Assembly (NCBI GenBank): GCA_016839705.1
Contig: JAEOTR010000003.1
Location: 1-61,308 of the forward strand
DNA from: Promethearchaeota archaeon
GTDB taxonomy: Archaea > Asgardarchaeota > Lokiarchaeia > Sigyniarchaeales > SOKP01
Length of the DNA stretch: 61,308 nucleotides
Reading direction: 5' to 3'
Each line of letters starts with the position of its first letter. The first letter of the stretch is position 1. The translations under genes were made by a program, and so were the position numbers. The notes under the pieces were generated by a model that worked only from the letters and a program-made list of their open reading frames with translations, did not search any database and was not told the origin of the DNA. This document shows, piece after piece, positions 30,881-40,728 of the stretch.

Positions 30881-31165
30881 ATTATAAACCGTCAAGAAGT
30901 AAAAAATATTATCCGACGTTTCGAAGAGAGAGAGGGAATTCGTGGAGTTATCATCTGTGATTCCAGTGGGCTGCCTATTGATTCAAATATGGAGATAGAA
31001 ATTAGTGAAGAAGTAGCAGCATATGTAACATCGCTCATTGGAAAAGGTAAGCAAGTTGTCGAAGCCCTAAATGAAGGATCACTAAATTTTATAAGATTGG
31101 AGACCTCAAAAGGGGAAACAATGGTAGCTCTTGAAGAAAATCTTATTTTAATTATATTGAAATAG
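30881..31165 (+). CDS. Dynein light chain roadblock-like protein (missed by the ORF track; no canonical start codon)
   Basis: Frame reads INRQEVKNIIRRFEEREGIRGVIICDSSGLPIDSNME...LNFIRLETSKGETMVALEENLILIILK*; AGGTG SD at 30867-30871, in-frame TAA at 30872-30874, then only TTT ATC ATT ATA. Confidence 0.85.
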   Translation: MINRQEVKNIIRRFEEREGIRGVIICDSSGLPIDSNMEIEISEEVAAYVTSLIGKGKQVVEALNEGSLNFIRLETSKGETMVALEENLILIILK

Positions 31166-31325
31166 ATCTTATTTATTGTTATTTTTTCACACCTCCTTTT
31201 TTAAATATATTTGATAAATTTAAATTGCTTAAACGATATATTTTAACTAATAATTATTTAAGATAATTTCTTAACCAATTTCAGAATTCAAAACTTTCGA
31301 AATTATTTTTTAAGGAAAATCTATT

Positions 31326-31679
31326 ATGGTTGATAAAAAAGTTCTTGAGAAAAAATTAGCAGAGTTAATGGACATAGTTCCTGAATGTGAAGGTTTGATA
31401 GCTGCTGACTCAAATGGGAAGGTTATCATTGGCCAGACTATTACAGATATGGATCATGGTAAGATCGCAAAAGCTTGTGTTGCCATTGTCAAGGATTCAA
31501 ACACACTTGGTAAAGATACGGGCAAAGGTGGGTTAAAAACAACCACAATTGAATTGGAGAATGGATTTGCTGTTTTGGTTGGTTCCGATAAGAGTACTTT
31601 AATAGCTTTAGCTGGGTCGGATGGAAGAAGTTCTCTTGCGTTATTAAAAAGAAACTTAATGTCAATATCAAACTTATAA
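31326..31679 (+). CDS. Roadblock/LAMTOR2 (MglB-like) protein
   Basis: EGLIAADSNGKVI...TTIELENGFAVLV...LIALA...LALL roadblock pattern; AAGGA SD. Confidence 0.8.
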   Translation: MVDKKVLEKKLAELMDIVPECEGLIAADSNGKVIIGQTITDMDHGKIAKACVAIVKDSNTLGKDTGKGGLKTTTIELENGFAVLVGSDKSTLIALAGSDGRSSLALLKRNLMSISNL

Positions 31680-31726
31680 TTTTATATATCCTTTTTTTTA
31701 GAAAATAAGTATAAAGGGTGGAAAGT

Positions 31727-34700
31727 TTACTTTTTTGGTTTTTTCTTTTTTTGTTTTTCAGCTAAGCCTCTTTCTTCTAACAATGAATCTAAATCAGTTG
31801 TCTTTTTCGGTTTATCTTCTTTCTGCTCGATCTTTTTCTTAGGAATCTTTTTCTCTGGAGTTGGTTTTTTTAAGTCGGATACCATTATGTATTTTCCTTT
31901 TCTTGGTCTTCTTAACGGCACTTCTACAGGTTCTTCAATTCTTTTCCTCACTTTGCGAGCGTAAATTATTGCGAGAGCCCAAACAATAATGAAAATTGCA
32001 ATCATTAAAAACATGAACATCTCAATAAAGAAATCTAATATTGGAGGATCAAAAACACTGAAAGAAGATTCTTCGGAAAAAGTGAAATTTTCACCGGTAA
32101 TAACATTTTGGGCGGTTATTGTAAAATTTATTCGAAGGTGGCTGACTTCAGTCATAAAAATTTCAATCTCTATATCTGATTTATCACCAGAGGAGAGCCA
32201 ATTTAATTCAACGTAATTTACTTCGACAATTGAATACTCTAAATTATTCTCAATGTCTACAGTAATATCAAAAAGTCTTACGTTAGAGTCTCCAATATTG
32301 CTTAAACTATAAGTTATTGTTGTTAATCTATTTCTATATATAAATACATCATTCTGGCTAACTGAAATTGAAATGTCGGTGTCCTCATGAATAGTATTTA
32401 TAGAGAAATTCTCTGAAACACCGTTTATGATATCCCCCGCCCAAGATAATTTTAATAGTAAATCCCCTTCAAAATCGATAATCAAAGTGTCTATGATAAA
32501 CTTAACATAGCCATTAACATCAGTCACACCTGTGGCAATTTCAACCCATGAACTTGAGTCAAAGTACTCACAAGTGACGTTCTTATTTGACAATGCCTCT
32601 CCAAATTCAGTAGTTAACCTTGAACTAAAATTAATCGATTGACCTTTGATTGGGATGGTTGGATCAATCGTCATGTTTGTAAATTTGCTATTAAGCTTTA
32701 TGGAAAATTCATCACTGAATTGCTTATAACTGCTGACATAATTTTTATCAATGATATTTACTAAAAATGATGATTTATTTGGAAAGTACAAACATTCGTC
32801 TCTCTCAAATTCATATAGAATAATTCCACTTGTTATTTCTTCTGCAATTGTTAAACCAAGAATATTACCATCATAATTATCACTTGTCTTATTACTCAGA
32901 AGTGAGAATCTAGGACTTTTATAGACTCCCACAACAACGTCTTCGATATATAGAGTAATTATTGTTTTTGCCCCTCCTAATCTGATAGGTGCATTTACAC
33001 CAAGCCACGTTTTTGAAACAATATCTAAATTTGGTATTGTGAGATTTACATCAAATTCATGACTGTCATCTGGATGTCCAGAGAAATTTAATGTGACCGT
33101 GTTTGAAATATTTTCAGCGATTATCCAATCTTCATTAATATATGAAACTAATTGTGTATCTATTTTTACATCAAGAGGAAGAAAAGGATGGGTATTGTGA
33201 ATTGTTGTTTTAAAGTTAACAATTTCGTTTGGATTTAATATATCTTCGCTTTGTAGAAATGATTCTAATAAAAGAGATAGATCTTGTCCACCCAAATTAT
33301 AAGAGAATTCTTGTGTTAGATCGGAATTATTTATCGCATAAAAATTTGGAATAGGAATGCCTGTGGTATCATTAATTGAGGCAATTAATATGGTATAATT
33401 CCGAAAGACTTTATTATTTAATTTCCCAATAAGAGCATTCGTCCCTAGGTCTGAATAATAAGTTAAATTATATAACTCAAGATCATATAAATCGATATAA
33501 AGAGTGATTTTTTTGCATCCTAAGGCTGAACCGTTTAACCAAAAGAATCCTAATTCATATTCTCCAAAAGTAGTAACTGTAGCGCTTAATTCTAACAATA
33601 TAGCGTTATTGAAATCGTAAGATAATAGTGAACCATCAATAGAACCAGTTGAATTCACCAATTCTGCTCCAGGATATCTTGTACCATTTGGAAAAAAAAG
33701 CGTAGCATTCGCATCACCACTTATTGGGGCATTTAAATTTTGATCTTGTATGTCGAGACTAACTGAAATGTTATCTCCATACATGAAACCATTTGTTTCT
33801 GATAGAATTCCTTTATAATTAATATAACTATGCATTTGATGAATGAAATTATAACTAGTTAAATTGAGTGAGAAGGTACCATCAAGGGTAGTATATGTTT
33901 CATTAATTACTAATTTTAACTTATTATGCTGATCTGTTACAACAGATTCCTCTTCTAATAACCAGAGAAACTCTTCACTATTTGGTTTCGTGAGATTATG
34001 AGCATTCATATAATTCGGATAAACAAACCAGAATTCCTTGAAATCCCAATTATTAAATTTCGAGCTGGATTTATCAAAATCATACTCTAGAACCCACTCA
34101 GGATTTTCATTATAGGTTGCATTATATAAAGCTGTCGCACCCTCAATCCAATAAGCCACTATAGAATATGTAACATTGAATTTAAAACCCTCAATCACAC
34201 TTTTATTCCATTCTAAGTAGACTTCAAATTCATCAGTAGGAGTATCTTCAACGGGTGTGGTAAAATAATTATTCCATCGTCCCAATCCCCAAGTTAAATA
34301 AGAACTTTCATTATATGGAGATGAACTAATTTCTAAATTTTCTATCGTCATATCGTTAATTTTCAGGGTATTACTCCCTTCATATACAAAATCAGAGGGC
34401 ATATATCCTCTAGTGACATTCAACCTAAAAGGGCTGGCATCGAGTTGACTTGATGGATATGGTTCATTAGTAGTTTCTATTTGCTTTGTCGCTAATGACC
34501 AACTAAGTCCATCATTATTAGTAGTTATCAATTGGTGTTCAGTTATCCCATCAGCTGTAAAATCAGTATAGGGTAATGATACTAGACTATATACTTCATC
34601 GGAATTATTTGACTTTATCACAATAAAATAATTTGAAAGGTTCAAATTTTGAGTATTAGCTGTATTAAACTCAAAATAGGAGGTATTGTCTTTGGTATAA

Positions 34701-35848
34701 CTTGTGAATAAATTTGAATCAATCATCTCATTATAGTCTGGGTTTAATTGTGTACCTCGTAAATTCGCTTCAGTCCTAACTATGGTATCATCTGCTCGAT
34801 ACAGTGTGATATTGAGTTCTGTAGTTGCTGCTTTCGTCAAATCTAAGGTTCTTATCCAAGCATAAAATCCATTTACAGTAGTTTTTTCTCCCTTTAAATC
34901 GAATTCCAGAGCAACATAATCGTTATCTGTTATAGGTAAATCAAATGCATATGTTGATGATAATTCTAAATTATAGAAATGACCATCGAAAGGTGTGGTA
35001 TCTTTTCTCTCAAAAATGAATTGGAGATAACAAACATCAAATGTATCAATATAATTCAAGTTTTCATTTATAAATTTCCTTTGAATCTCCTGAATACCTA
35101 TACTACTACTAATAGGAATTGGATTTGTCAAGTTTACCCATGCTGGTTGTGAATCATCCCATATTCTTACTGTCAAATTTGCATCCTCATCAAGCTCAAA
35201 AAGTAAGGAGAGAATTAGAGCTAATATTTTCGTTCTATTAAATTCGACATTACCGTTGATTACCAATGGATTAGTATACACCTCATCAGTATAATTTGCT
35301 TTCACCGTAAAATTTAGTTTGCCATTATCTGCTCTTAACCATAGATTAGTTGAATTTGAGCTATCAACTAAGTCATTAAAAACACCGTCTATAGGCGATG
35401 TACTACTGGGGTCATAAGTATAGTTTGAATAAGGTTGATTTTCGTTAAAGTCAAAGGAAATGAAATCAGCAGCATCTAGACCACTATCATCTTCAAGGAT
35501 ATAATCTGTAGTAAAATTACTTTGAAACGTAAAATTGAAATCACCATAAGTGAGAAACATATCGTCTGAGGGAATAGAGGGAATTTCAAAAAACTCTTCA
35601 TTATCATTTAAATTACTAGATTCATTATTTACATAAATTCTAACATCCTGCTCATCCCCATTACCAACAATATAATCATCTAAATCAAGATTAGAGGTAT
35701 TTGGAAAATCTTCTAGATCTTTAATTTCATTACTATTTTCTCTTATCAAATTAGGATAGAATAAGAATTGTATATTAGATAATAAAATAAATGAAGTAAA
35801 AATTACGACAACTGCTATTCTTTTAATCTCTTTTTTTTGTCGAATCAA
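31727..35848 (-). CDS. Large cell-surface glycoprotein with C-terminal TM and Lys-rich cytoplasmic tail
   Basis: N-terminal hydrophobic segment, acidic beta-rich ectodomain with many NxS/T sequons, TM MFLMIAIFIIVWALAIIYA, basic tail. Confidence 0.75.
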   Translation of the reverse strand: MIRQKKEIKRIAVVVIFTSFILLSNIQFLFYPNLIRENSNEIKDLEDFPNTSNLDLDDYIVGNGDEQDVRIYVNNESSNLNDNEEFFEIPSIPSDDMFLTYGDFNFTFQSNFTTDYILEDDSGLDAADFISFDFNENQPYSNYTYDPSSTSPIDGVFNDLVDSSNSTNLWLRADNGKLNFTVKANYTDEVYTNPLVINGNVEFNRTKILALILSLLFELDEDANLTVRIWDDSQPAWVNLTNPIPISSSIGIQEIQRKFINENLNYIDTFDVCYLQFIFERKDTTPFDGHFYNLELSSTYAFDLPITDNDYVALEFDLKGEKTTVNGFYAWIRTLDLTKAATTELNITLYRADDTIVRTEANLRGTQLNPDYNEMIDSNLFTSYTKDNTSYFEFNTANTQNLNLSNYFIVIKSNNSDEVYSLVSLPYTDFTADGITEHQLITTNNDGLSWSLATKQIETTNEPYPSSQLDASPFRLNVTRGYMPSDFVYEGSNTLKINDMTIENLEISSSPYNESSYLTWGLGRWNNYFTTPVEDTPTDEFEVYLEWNKSVIEGFKFNVTYSIVAYWIEGATALYNATYNENPEWVLEYDFDKSSSKFNNWDFKEFWFVYPNYMNAHNLTKPNSEEFLWLLEEESVVTDQHNKLKLVINETYTTLDGTFSLNLTSYNFIHQMHSYINYKGILSETNGFMYGDNISVSLDIQDQNLNAPISGDANATLFFPNGTRYPGAELVNSTGSIDGSLLSYDFNNAILLELSATVTTFGEYELGFFWLNGSALGCKKITLYIDLYDLELYNLTYYSDLGTNALIGKLNNKVFRNYTILIASINDTTGIPIPNFYAINNSDLTQEFSYNLGGQDLSLLLESFLQSEDILNPNEIVNFKTTIHNTHPFLPLDVKIDTQLVSYINEDWIIAENISNTVTLNFSGHPDDSHEFDVNLTIPNLDIVSKTWLGVNAPIRLGGAKTIITLYIEDVVVGVYKSPRFSLLSNKTSDNYDGNILGLTIAEEITSGIILYEFERDECLYFPNKSSFLVNIIDKNYVSSYKQFSDEFSIKLNSKFTNMTIDPTIPIKGQSINFSSRLTTEFGEALSNKNVTCEYFDSSSWVEIATGVTDVNGYVKFIIDTLIIDFEGDLLLKLSWAGDIINGVSENFSINTIHEDTDISISVSQNDVFIYRNRLTTITYSLSNIGDSNVRLFDITVDIENNLEYSIVEVNYVELNWLSSGDKSDIEIEIFMTEVSHLRINFTITAQNVITGENFTFSEESSFSVFDPPILDFFIEMFMFLMIAIFIIVWALAIIYARKVRKRIEEPVEVPLRRPRKGKYIMVSDLKKPTPEKKIPKKKIEQKEDKPKKTTDLDSLLEERGLAEKQKKKKPKK

Positions 35849-36013
35849 GAAAATAACCGTGAAACCTATTTTTTGAATATAAAATCATTTAAAAGTATTA
35901 AAATTTCCTAAATTTTTAAACTATATCAGCTAGATTACCATATAACAAAATATTTATAATAATCGAATTTACCATAAATAAAAATAAGATCATCTAATCT
36001 GGAGGGAAAGCAA

Positions 36014-37363
36014 TTGACTGAAGAATTAATAATCCAAGAAATCGAAAATAATACTGGAGAATATATCCAATTTTTAAGAGATCTAATACAAACTGAATCT
36101 TATAATCCTCCGGGCAATGAAAAAAATGTAGCACTAAAGATTCAACAATATTTAAAGGATGCAAATATCGAAAGTGATATTTTTCCTTTTGGTGATAATC
36201 GGGCTAATTTAATAGCTACATTGAAAGACGATTCTAAAGGAAAAAATCTATTATTTAATGGACATATGGATGTTGTTCCCCCTGGGATTGAAGAAGAATG
36301 GAAAGTCCCCCCTCTTTCTGCGACGATAAAAAGGAAAAAAATATTTGGGAGAGGTGCTACTGATATGAAGGGAGGACTCGCCGCAATGGTGATCACATTA
36401 AAAATATTGAAAAAATTAGGAGTAAAGCTATCTGGAAATCTAATTTTAAATGCAGTTGGGGATGAAGAAACTCATGGATTATTAGGTACTAAATGGTGTG
36501 TAGATAATAAATTAGAAGCCATTTCCATAGATTTTACTTTGATTGGGGAACCGACAAATATTAGTCCACTACCACATGCAATAATGTTAGGTGAAAGAGG
36601 TCGTGTATTAGTAAAAGTAGTCACAAATGGAATCTCTGCTCATGCAGCATTATCTCCCCTTGGAAGAAACGCTATCTACATGATGAGTAAAATTATTGAA
36701 AAGTTAGATAAACTTGATGAATATATGCCCCATGTAGAACCTCCGATTAAGATGGAACGCTTAAAAAAGCTGGTTGGGGATTCATTTGTAAACCAAGAAA
36801 TCTTTAACAAATTTTTCGATGAACAACCAAGGTTACAAGCTATAGTAGATTCCTTAATTAAATCCACAAGGGTTCTGACAATGATTAGTGGAGGAATAAA
36901 GGACAATGTTGTTCCTGATATGTGCGAGGCAATTATCGATTTTAGATTATTGGCAGGACAAAAAGTAGAAGAGATAATAAACGGTTTTAGTCAACTCATC
37001 AGAAATGAAGTTGGGTTTGATGTTAAAGATGGCCCTACAGGGAATCCTGAAGATATTTTTGTCTATTTGGAGATCCTCAGCGCTTCAGAGGGTTCTTATT
37101 GGAAAGATTGGGAGGATTCTAAGGATTTACAACTTTTATATAAGCTTATATCTGAGACTTACCAGAAGAAACCTTTTTACTTCCTATACCCCCCTTCCTC
37201 GGATGCCCATTACTTAAGAAATTCCGGATTTTGTTCCCAAACTATAATGTTTGGACCTGGTAATGCATTTACGGCTCACTCAACTAACGAGTATATTGAA
37301 ATTCAAGATTTTATTAATTCCATTAAAGTTTATACCTTGTTTGCATATCATTTTTTAAAGTAA
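36014..37363 (+). CDS. M20 metallopeptidase/deacylase (ArgE/DapE family)
   Basis: NGHMDVVP, GRGATDMKGG, DEE, GEPT, SDA, FGPG..AHSTNEY. Confidence 0.9.
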   Translation: MTEELIIQEIENNTGEYIQFLRDLIQTESYNPPGNEKNVALKIQQYLKDANIESDIFPFGDNRANLIATLKDDSKGKNLLFNGHMDVVPPGIEEEWKVPPLSATIKRKKIFGRGATDMKGGLAAMVITLKILKKLGVKLSGNLILNAVGDEETHGLLGTKWCVDNKLEAISIDFTLIGEPTNISPLPHAIMLGERGRVLVKVVTNGISAHAALSPLGRNAIYMMSKIIEKLDKLDEYMPHVEPPIKMERLKKLVGDSFVNQEIFNKFFDEQPRLQAIVDSLIKSTRVLTMISGGIKDNVVPDMCEAIIDFRLLAGQKVEEIINGFSQLIRNEVGFDVKDGPTGNPEDIFVYLEILSASEGSYWKDWEDSKDLQLLYKLISETYQKKPFYFLYPPSSDAHYLRNSGFCSQTIMFGPGNAFTAHSTNEYIEIQDFINSIKVYTLFAYHFLK

Positions 37364-37393
37364 ATAATTAATATAAATAATTTTGGAAAAACC

Positions 37394-38575
37394 GTGCCAG
37401 AGATAAAAATTGAGGATACAGTAATTTTACTTGATACTTCACGATCAATGCTCAGAAAAGATTTTAAGCCAAGTCGATTAGCTGTAGGACTCCACACTGT
37501 GAAAAACTTCATCCAATCCAAATTATCCATCGACTTGAAAGATAGAATTTCAATAATTTCCTTTGGGGATACCACACATAAATTAATTAATTTTGCATTT
37601 GAGGAAGAAAAATTATTAAATTCTCTAAAAAAGATTCAAATTTCTGGTAGGGGTATATTGCATGAAGGTATTGCTTTTGCCTTACAAATTCTTGTTGAAG
37701 AAATGCGTAAAATTGGGGGAAAAGTCCCTAGAATTTTCATAATAACAGATAACAAATTAGTTTTTGATAAAGATCGTTTAGATAAAATGGTAAACATTGC
37801 AAAGGGGTTGGGTGTTTATATCGATGTTTGTCAGTTAGGAGGAATTCAAGGATACGAGGAAGATAAATTGAAAAGAATTACCCAATTAACAAGAGGAAAA
37901 TTTGGATTTTACAATAATACTAAAGAAATTATTAATGCCGGGAAGGTATTTGCGTCAAAAAAAGAAATACGAGAAACGACTGATTATTTTTCACCAGAAA
38001 AAAAAGTAGATATTGCCCCCTTAGTAAGTGAAATTGCTTTACCATTAAGACGCCCACATGTATTAGAAATGAAGTTAATGATGAGCGGAAAGGGTAAGGG
38101 AGAAGAAAAGTGTAATATTTGTCATTCTGTTAAGTCCCCAATAACGAGCTCTGATTTCTATTCCGAGGGTAGATATTGCCCCTCATGCGATAGAGCCATG
38201 CACTTATCATGCGCTGCAATGTGGGCAAAAAAAACAGAATATAAAGAAAATGTATTTCGTTGTCCATTTTGCTTTTTTTTATTGGAATTACCAAGAGCCG
38301 CCCTTAAATTCGCTCAGGATAGGGATGGAGAAACTTCAGAGATAAAGATAATTGAAGAAGATGAAGGAAAAGAAGCAAAGATGATACAAATCTCACAAGA
38401 AAGCGTCAGTCAAATTGATGCCTCATGCTCATATTGCCATAGTATTTTTTTAGGAGATTATAAAGTTTACCAATGCAATAAGTGTGGCTCATATTATCAT
38501 AAACCTTGTTTAGGCAAAATGATTAATGAAATTAGCGCATGCAGAAATTGTGGTGCTAAAATCATATCTAATTAA
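37394..38575 (+). CDS. VWA domain + two RING/C1-like zinc fingers (TFIIH p44/Ssl1-like architecture)
   Basis: LLDTSRSMLRKDFKPSRL (DxSxS MIDAS); CNIC..CPSC..H..C..CPFC and CSYC..CNKC..H..C..CRNC. Confidence 0.75.
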   Translation: MPEIKIEDTVILLDTSRSMLRKDFKPSRLAVGLHTVKNFIQSKLSIDLKDRISIISFGDTTHKLINFAFEEEKLLNSLKKIQISGRGILHEGIAFALQILVEEMRKIGGKVPRIFIITDNKLVFDKDRLDKMVNIAKGLGVYIDVCQLGGIQGYEEDKLKRITQLTRGKFGFYNNTKEIINAGKVFASKKEIRETTDYFSPEKKVDIAPLVSEIALPLRRPHVLEMKLMMSGKGKGEEKCNICHSVKSPITSSDFYSEGRYCPSCDRAMHLSCAAMWAKKTEYKENVFRCPFCFFLLELPRAALKFAQDRDGETSEIKIIEEDEGKEAKMIQISQESVSQIDASCSYCHSIFLGDYKVYQCNKCGSYYHKPCLGKMINEISACRNCGAKIISN

Positions 38576-38669
38576 AAGTTAATTCCTGCAACAAAAATGA
38601 AAATATTACCTATCATAGTTTAAATTATTTAAGCTAATATTCGTTTTATATATAAAAGAGTGTGAATAG

Positions 38670-40727
38670 GTGATTTATTTAACTGATAAACATAAAGGAA
38701 AATGGGTTGTCACTTCTGGATGGCCTTATGTGAATGCTACTCCACATTTGGGTAATTTAATAGGAAGTACACTATCAGCAGATGTGTTTGCAAGGTTCTT
38801 GAGAATGAAAGGAGAAGAAGTGGTGTTTGTTTCAGGATCAGATTCTCATGGAACACCCATTTCAGTGGAAGCAAAAAAATTAAAGGTACCTGCTGAGGAG
38901 TTAGCATTTAAGTATCATGGGATTATTAAAGATCTTCATGAAAAGTGGCAAATATCTTTTGATAACTATACGATAACTCATAATCCAATTCATATTGAAT
39001 ATGTAAAAAAGATGTATTTAGATGTTCAAAAAAATGGGTATGTAAAAGAGAAAGAGATTGAATCTCTCTATTGTGAAAATGATAATTTATTCTTACCCGA
39101 TAGATTTGTAGAAGGAACTTGTCCTCACTGTAAAGATGATGATGCTAGAGGAGATCAATGTGATAAGTGTCAAAAATTACTAACACCTTTAGAATTGATA
39201 AAACCAAGATGTGCAATATGTGGTAATACACCTGTTATTAGAGAAACAAGACATTGGTATTTAAATTTACCGAAATTGCAGGATCGATTGAAAAAATTAA
39301 TTACTGAAAATAAAATTATACCCTCTAACGCGCGACAAATGTGTTTAAATAGTATCGCCGAAGGATTACCAGAACGAGCAATTACTCGTGATATAGAATG
39401 GGGAATTCGCGCACCTTTCAAAGGTGCTGAAGAAAAAACTATTTATGTATGGTTTGAAGCCGTGTTAGGGTATATTACCGCAGTTAAAGAATGGGCAGAT
39501 AAACTTGTTAATAAACCTGACAAATTTGATTCTTTCTGGAAGGATCCAAGTACAAAAACTGTCTTCTTTGTCGGAAAAGATAACATTATATTTCACTTAA
39601 TAGTTTTTCCAGGATTATTAATAGCATATAATGAAGATAAGAAAGATAATGAAAAACTTGTTTTACCATATAATGTCTCATCTACAGAATTCTTGATGTA
39701 TGAGAATGAAAAGTTTTCTAAATCAAGAGGGATTGGGATATGGATTGACGAAGCATTAAAATTAGCTCCTCTTGACTATTGGAGATTTAATTTACTATTT
39801 AATCGGCCAGAAACTAGTGATACATCGTTTCTATGGTCTGAATTTGGAAATAGTATAAAAACCCTTAATGATAATATAGGAAATTTCATACACAGGACTT
39901 TAACATTCATTGAAAAGCAATTTAATAGAAAAATTCCTGAAAAAATAGAATATGATGAGACAGATAAAAAATTCATTGAAAAAATAAATATTATTGGTGT
40001 TGAAGTTGGAGAAAGTTTGTGTAATTTTAAACTAAGAAAAGCCTTAAGAGATATAGTAAATTTTGGAAAAGAAGGGAATATTTATTTAAATGATAAAGCA
40101 CCTTGGCATTTGATTAAAACAAACAAAAATGCCGCGGGGCATGTATTTAACATATGCGCTCAAGCTGTATATGCATTATCCGTGCTGTTAGGACCATTTA
40201 TTCCCGAAACTTCCGAGAAAGTTTTATCCTATCTAAATGCCCCAAAACTATCAGAGATATTATGGGATAGTATTAATGAAGATTCGATAAAATCAGGGCA
40301 AAATATTAAGAAACCTAAACCTCTTTTCCAAAAATTAGATGTTGAAGAAATTAAAAACGAGTATGCAAAATTAAAAGAAGGAAAACCAAAAGAAGGTGAG
40401 AGAGGAACGATTTCATATGATGATTTTCAAAAATTAGATATACGAGTTGCTTTAGTTAAAAAAGTTGAAAAAGTACCTAAAGCGGATAAATTGTATAAAC
40501 TCACAGTAAGTCTTGGGGATGAAGAACGTACCTTAGTTGCGGGATTGGCTGAATTATATAAAATAGACGAATTGGCGGGAAAGAAGATTGTCATTTTAGC
40601 TAACTTAGAACCGAGGAAATTAAGAGGAATTACAAGTCAAGGAATGCTATTAGCCGCTGAAAAGGGAGATATAGTATCTGTCTTAGTTCCAGATAAAGAT
40701 ATAGAGCCTGGTGCAAAAATAAGATAA
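38670..40727 (+). CDS. metG: Methionyl-tRNA synthetase with C-terminal tRNA-binding domain
   Basis: PYVNATPHLGN, zinc knuckles, YVWFEA, GKDNIIFH, KFSKS, C-terminal LDIRV...NLEPRKLRGITSQGMLLA. Confidence 0.97.
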   Translation: MIYLTDKHKGKWVVTSGWPYVNATPHLGNLIGSTLSADVFARFLRMKGEEVVFVSGSDSHGTPISVEAKKLKVPAEELAFKYHGIIKDLHEKWQISFDNYTITHNPIHIEYVKKMYLDVQKNGYVKEKEIESLYCENDNLFLPDRFVEGTCPHCKDDDARGDQCDKCQKLLTPLELIKPRCAICGNTPVIRETRHWYLNLPKLQDRLKKLITENKIIPSNARQMCLNSIAEGLPERAITRDIEWGIRAPFKGAEEKTIYVWFEAVLGYITAVKEWADKLVNKPDKFDSFWKDPSTKTVFFVGKDNIIFHLIVFPGLLIAYNEDKKDNEKLVLPYNVSSTEFLMYENEKFSKSRGIGIWIDEALKLAPLDYWRFNLLFNRPETSDTSFLWSEFGNSIKTLNDNIGNFIHRTLTFIEKQFNRKIPEKIEYDETDKKFIEKINIIGVEVGESLCNFKLRKALRDIVNFGKEGNIYLNDKAPWHLIKTNKNAAGHVFNICAQAVYALSVLLGPFIPETSEKVLSYLNAPKLSEILWDSINEDSIKSGQNIKKPKPLFQKLDVEEIKNEYAKLKEGKPKEGERGTISYDDFQKLDIRVALVKKVEKVPKADKLYKLTVSLGDEERTLVAGLAELYKIDELAGKKIVILANLEPRKLRGITSQGMLLAAEKGDIVSVLVPDKDIEPGAKIR

Positions 40728-40728
40728 T

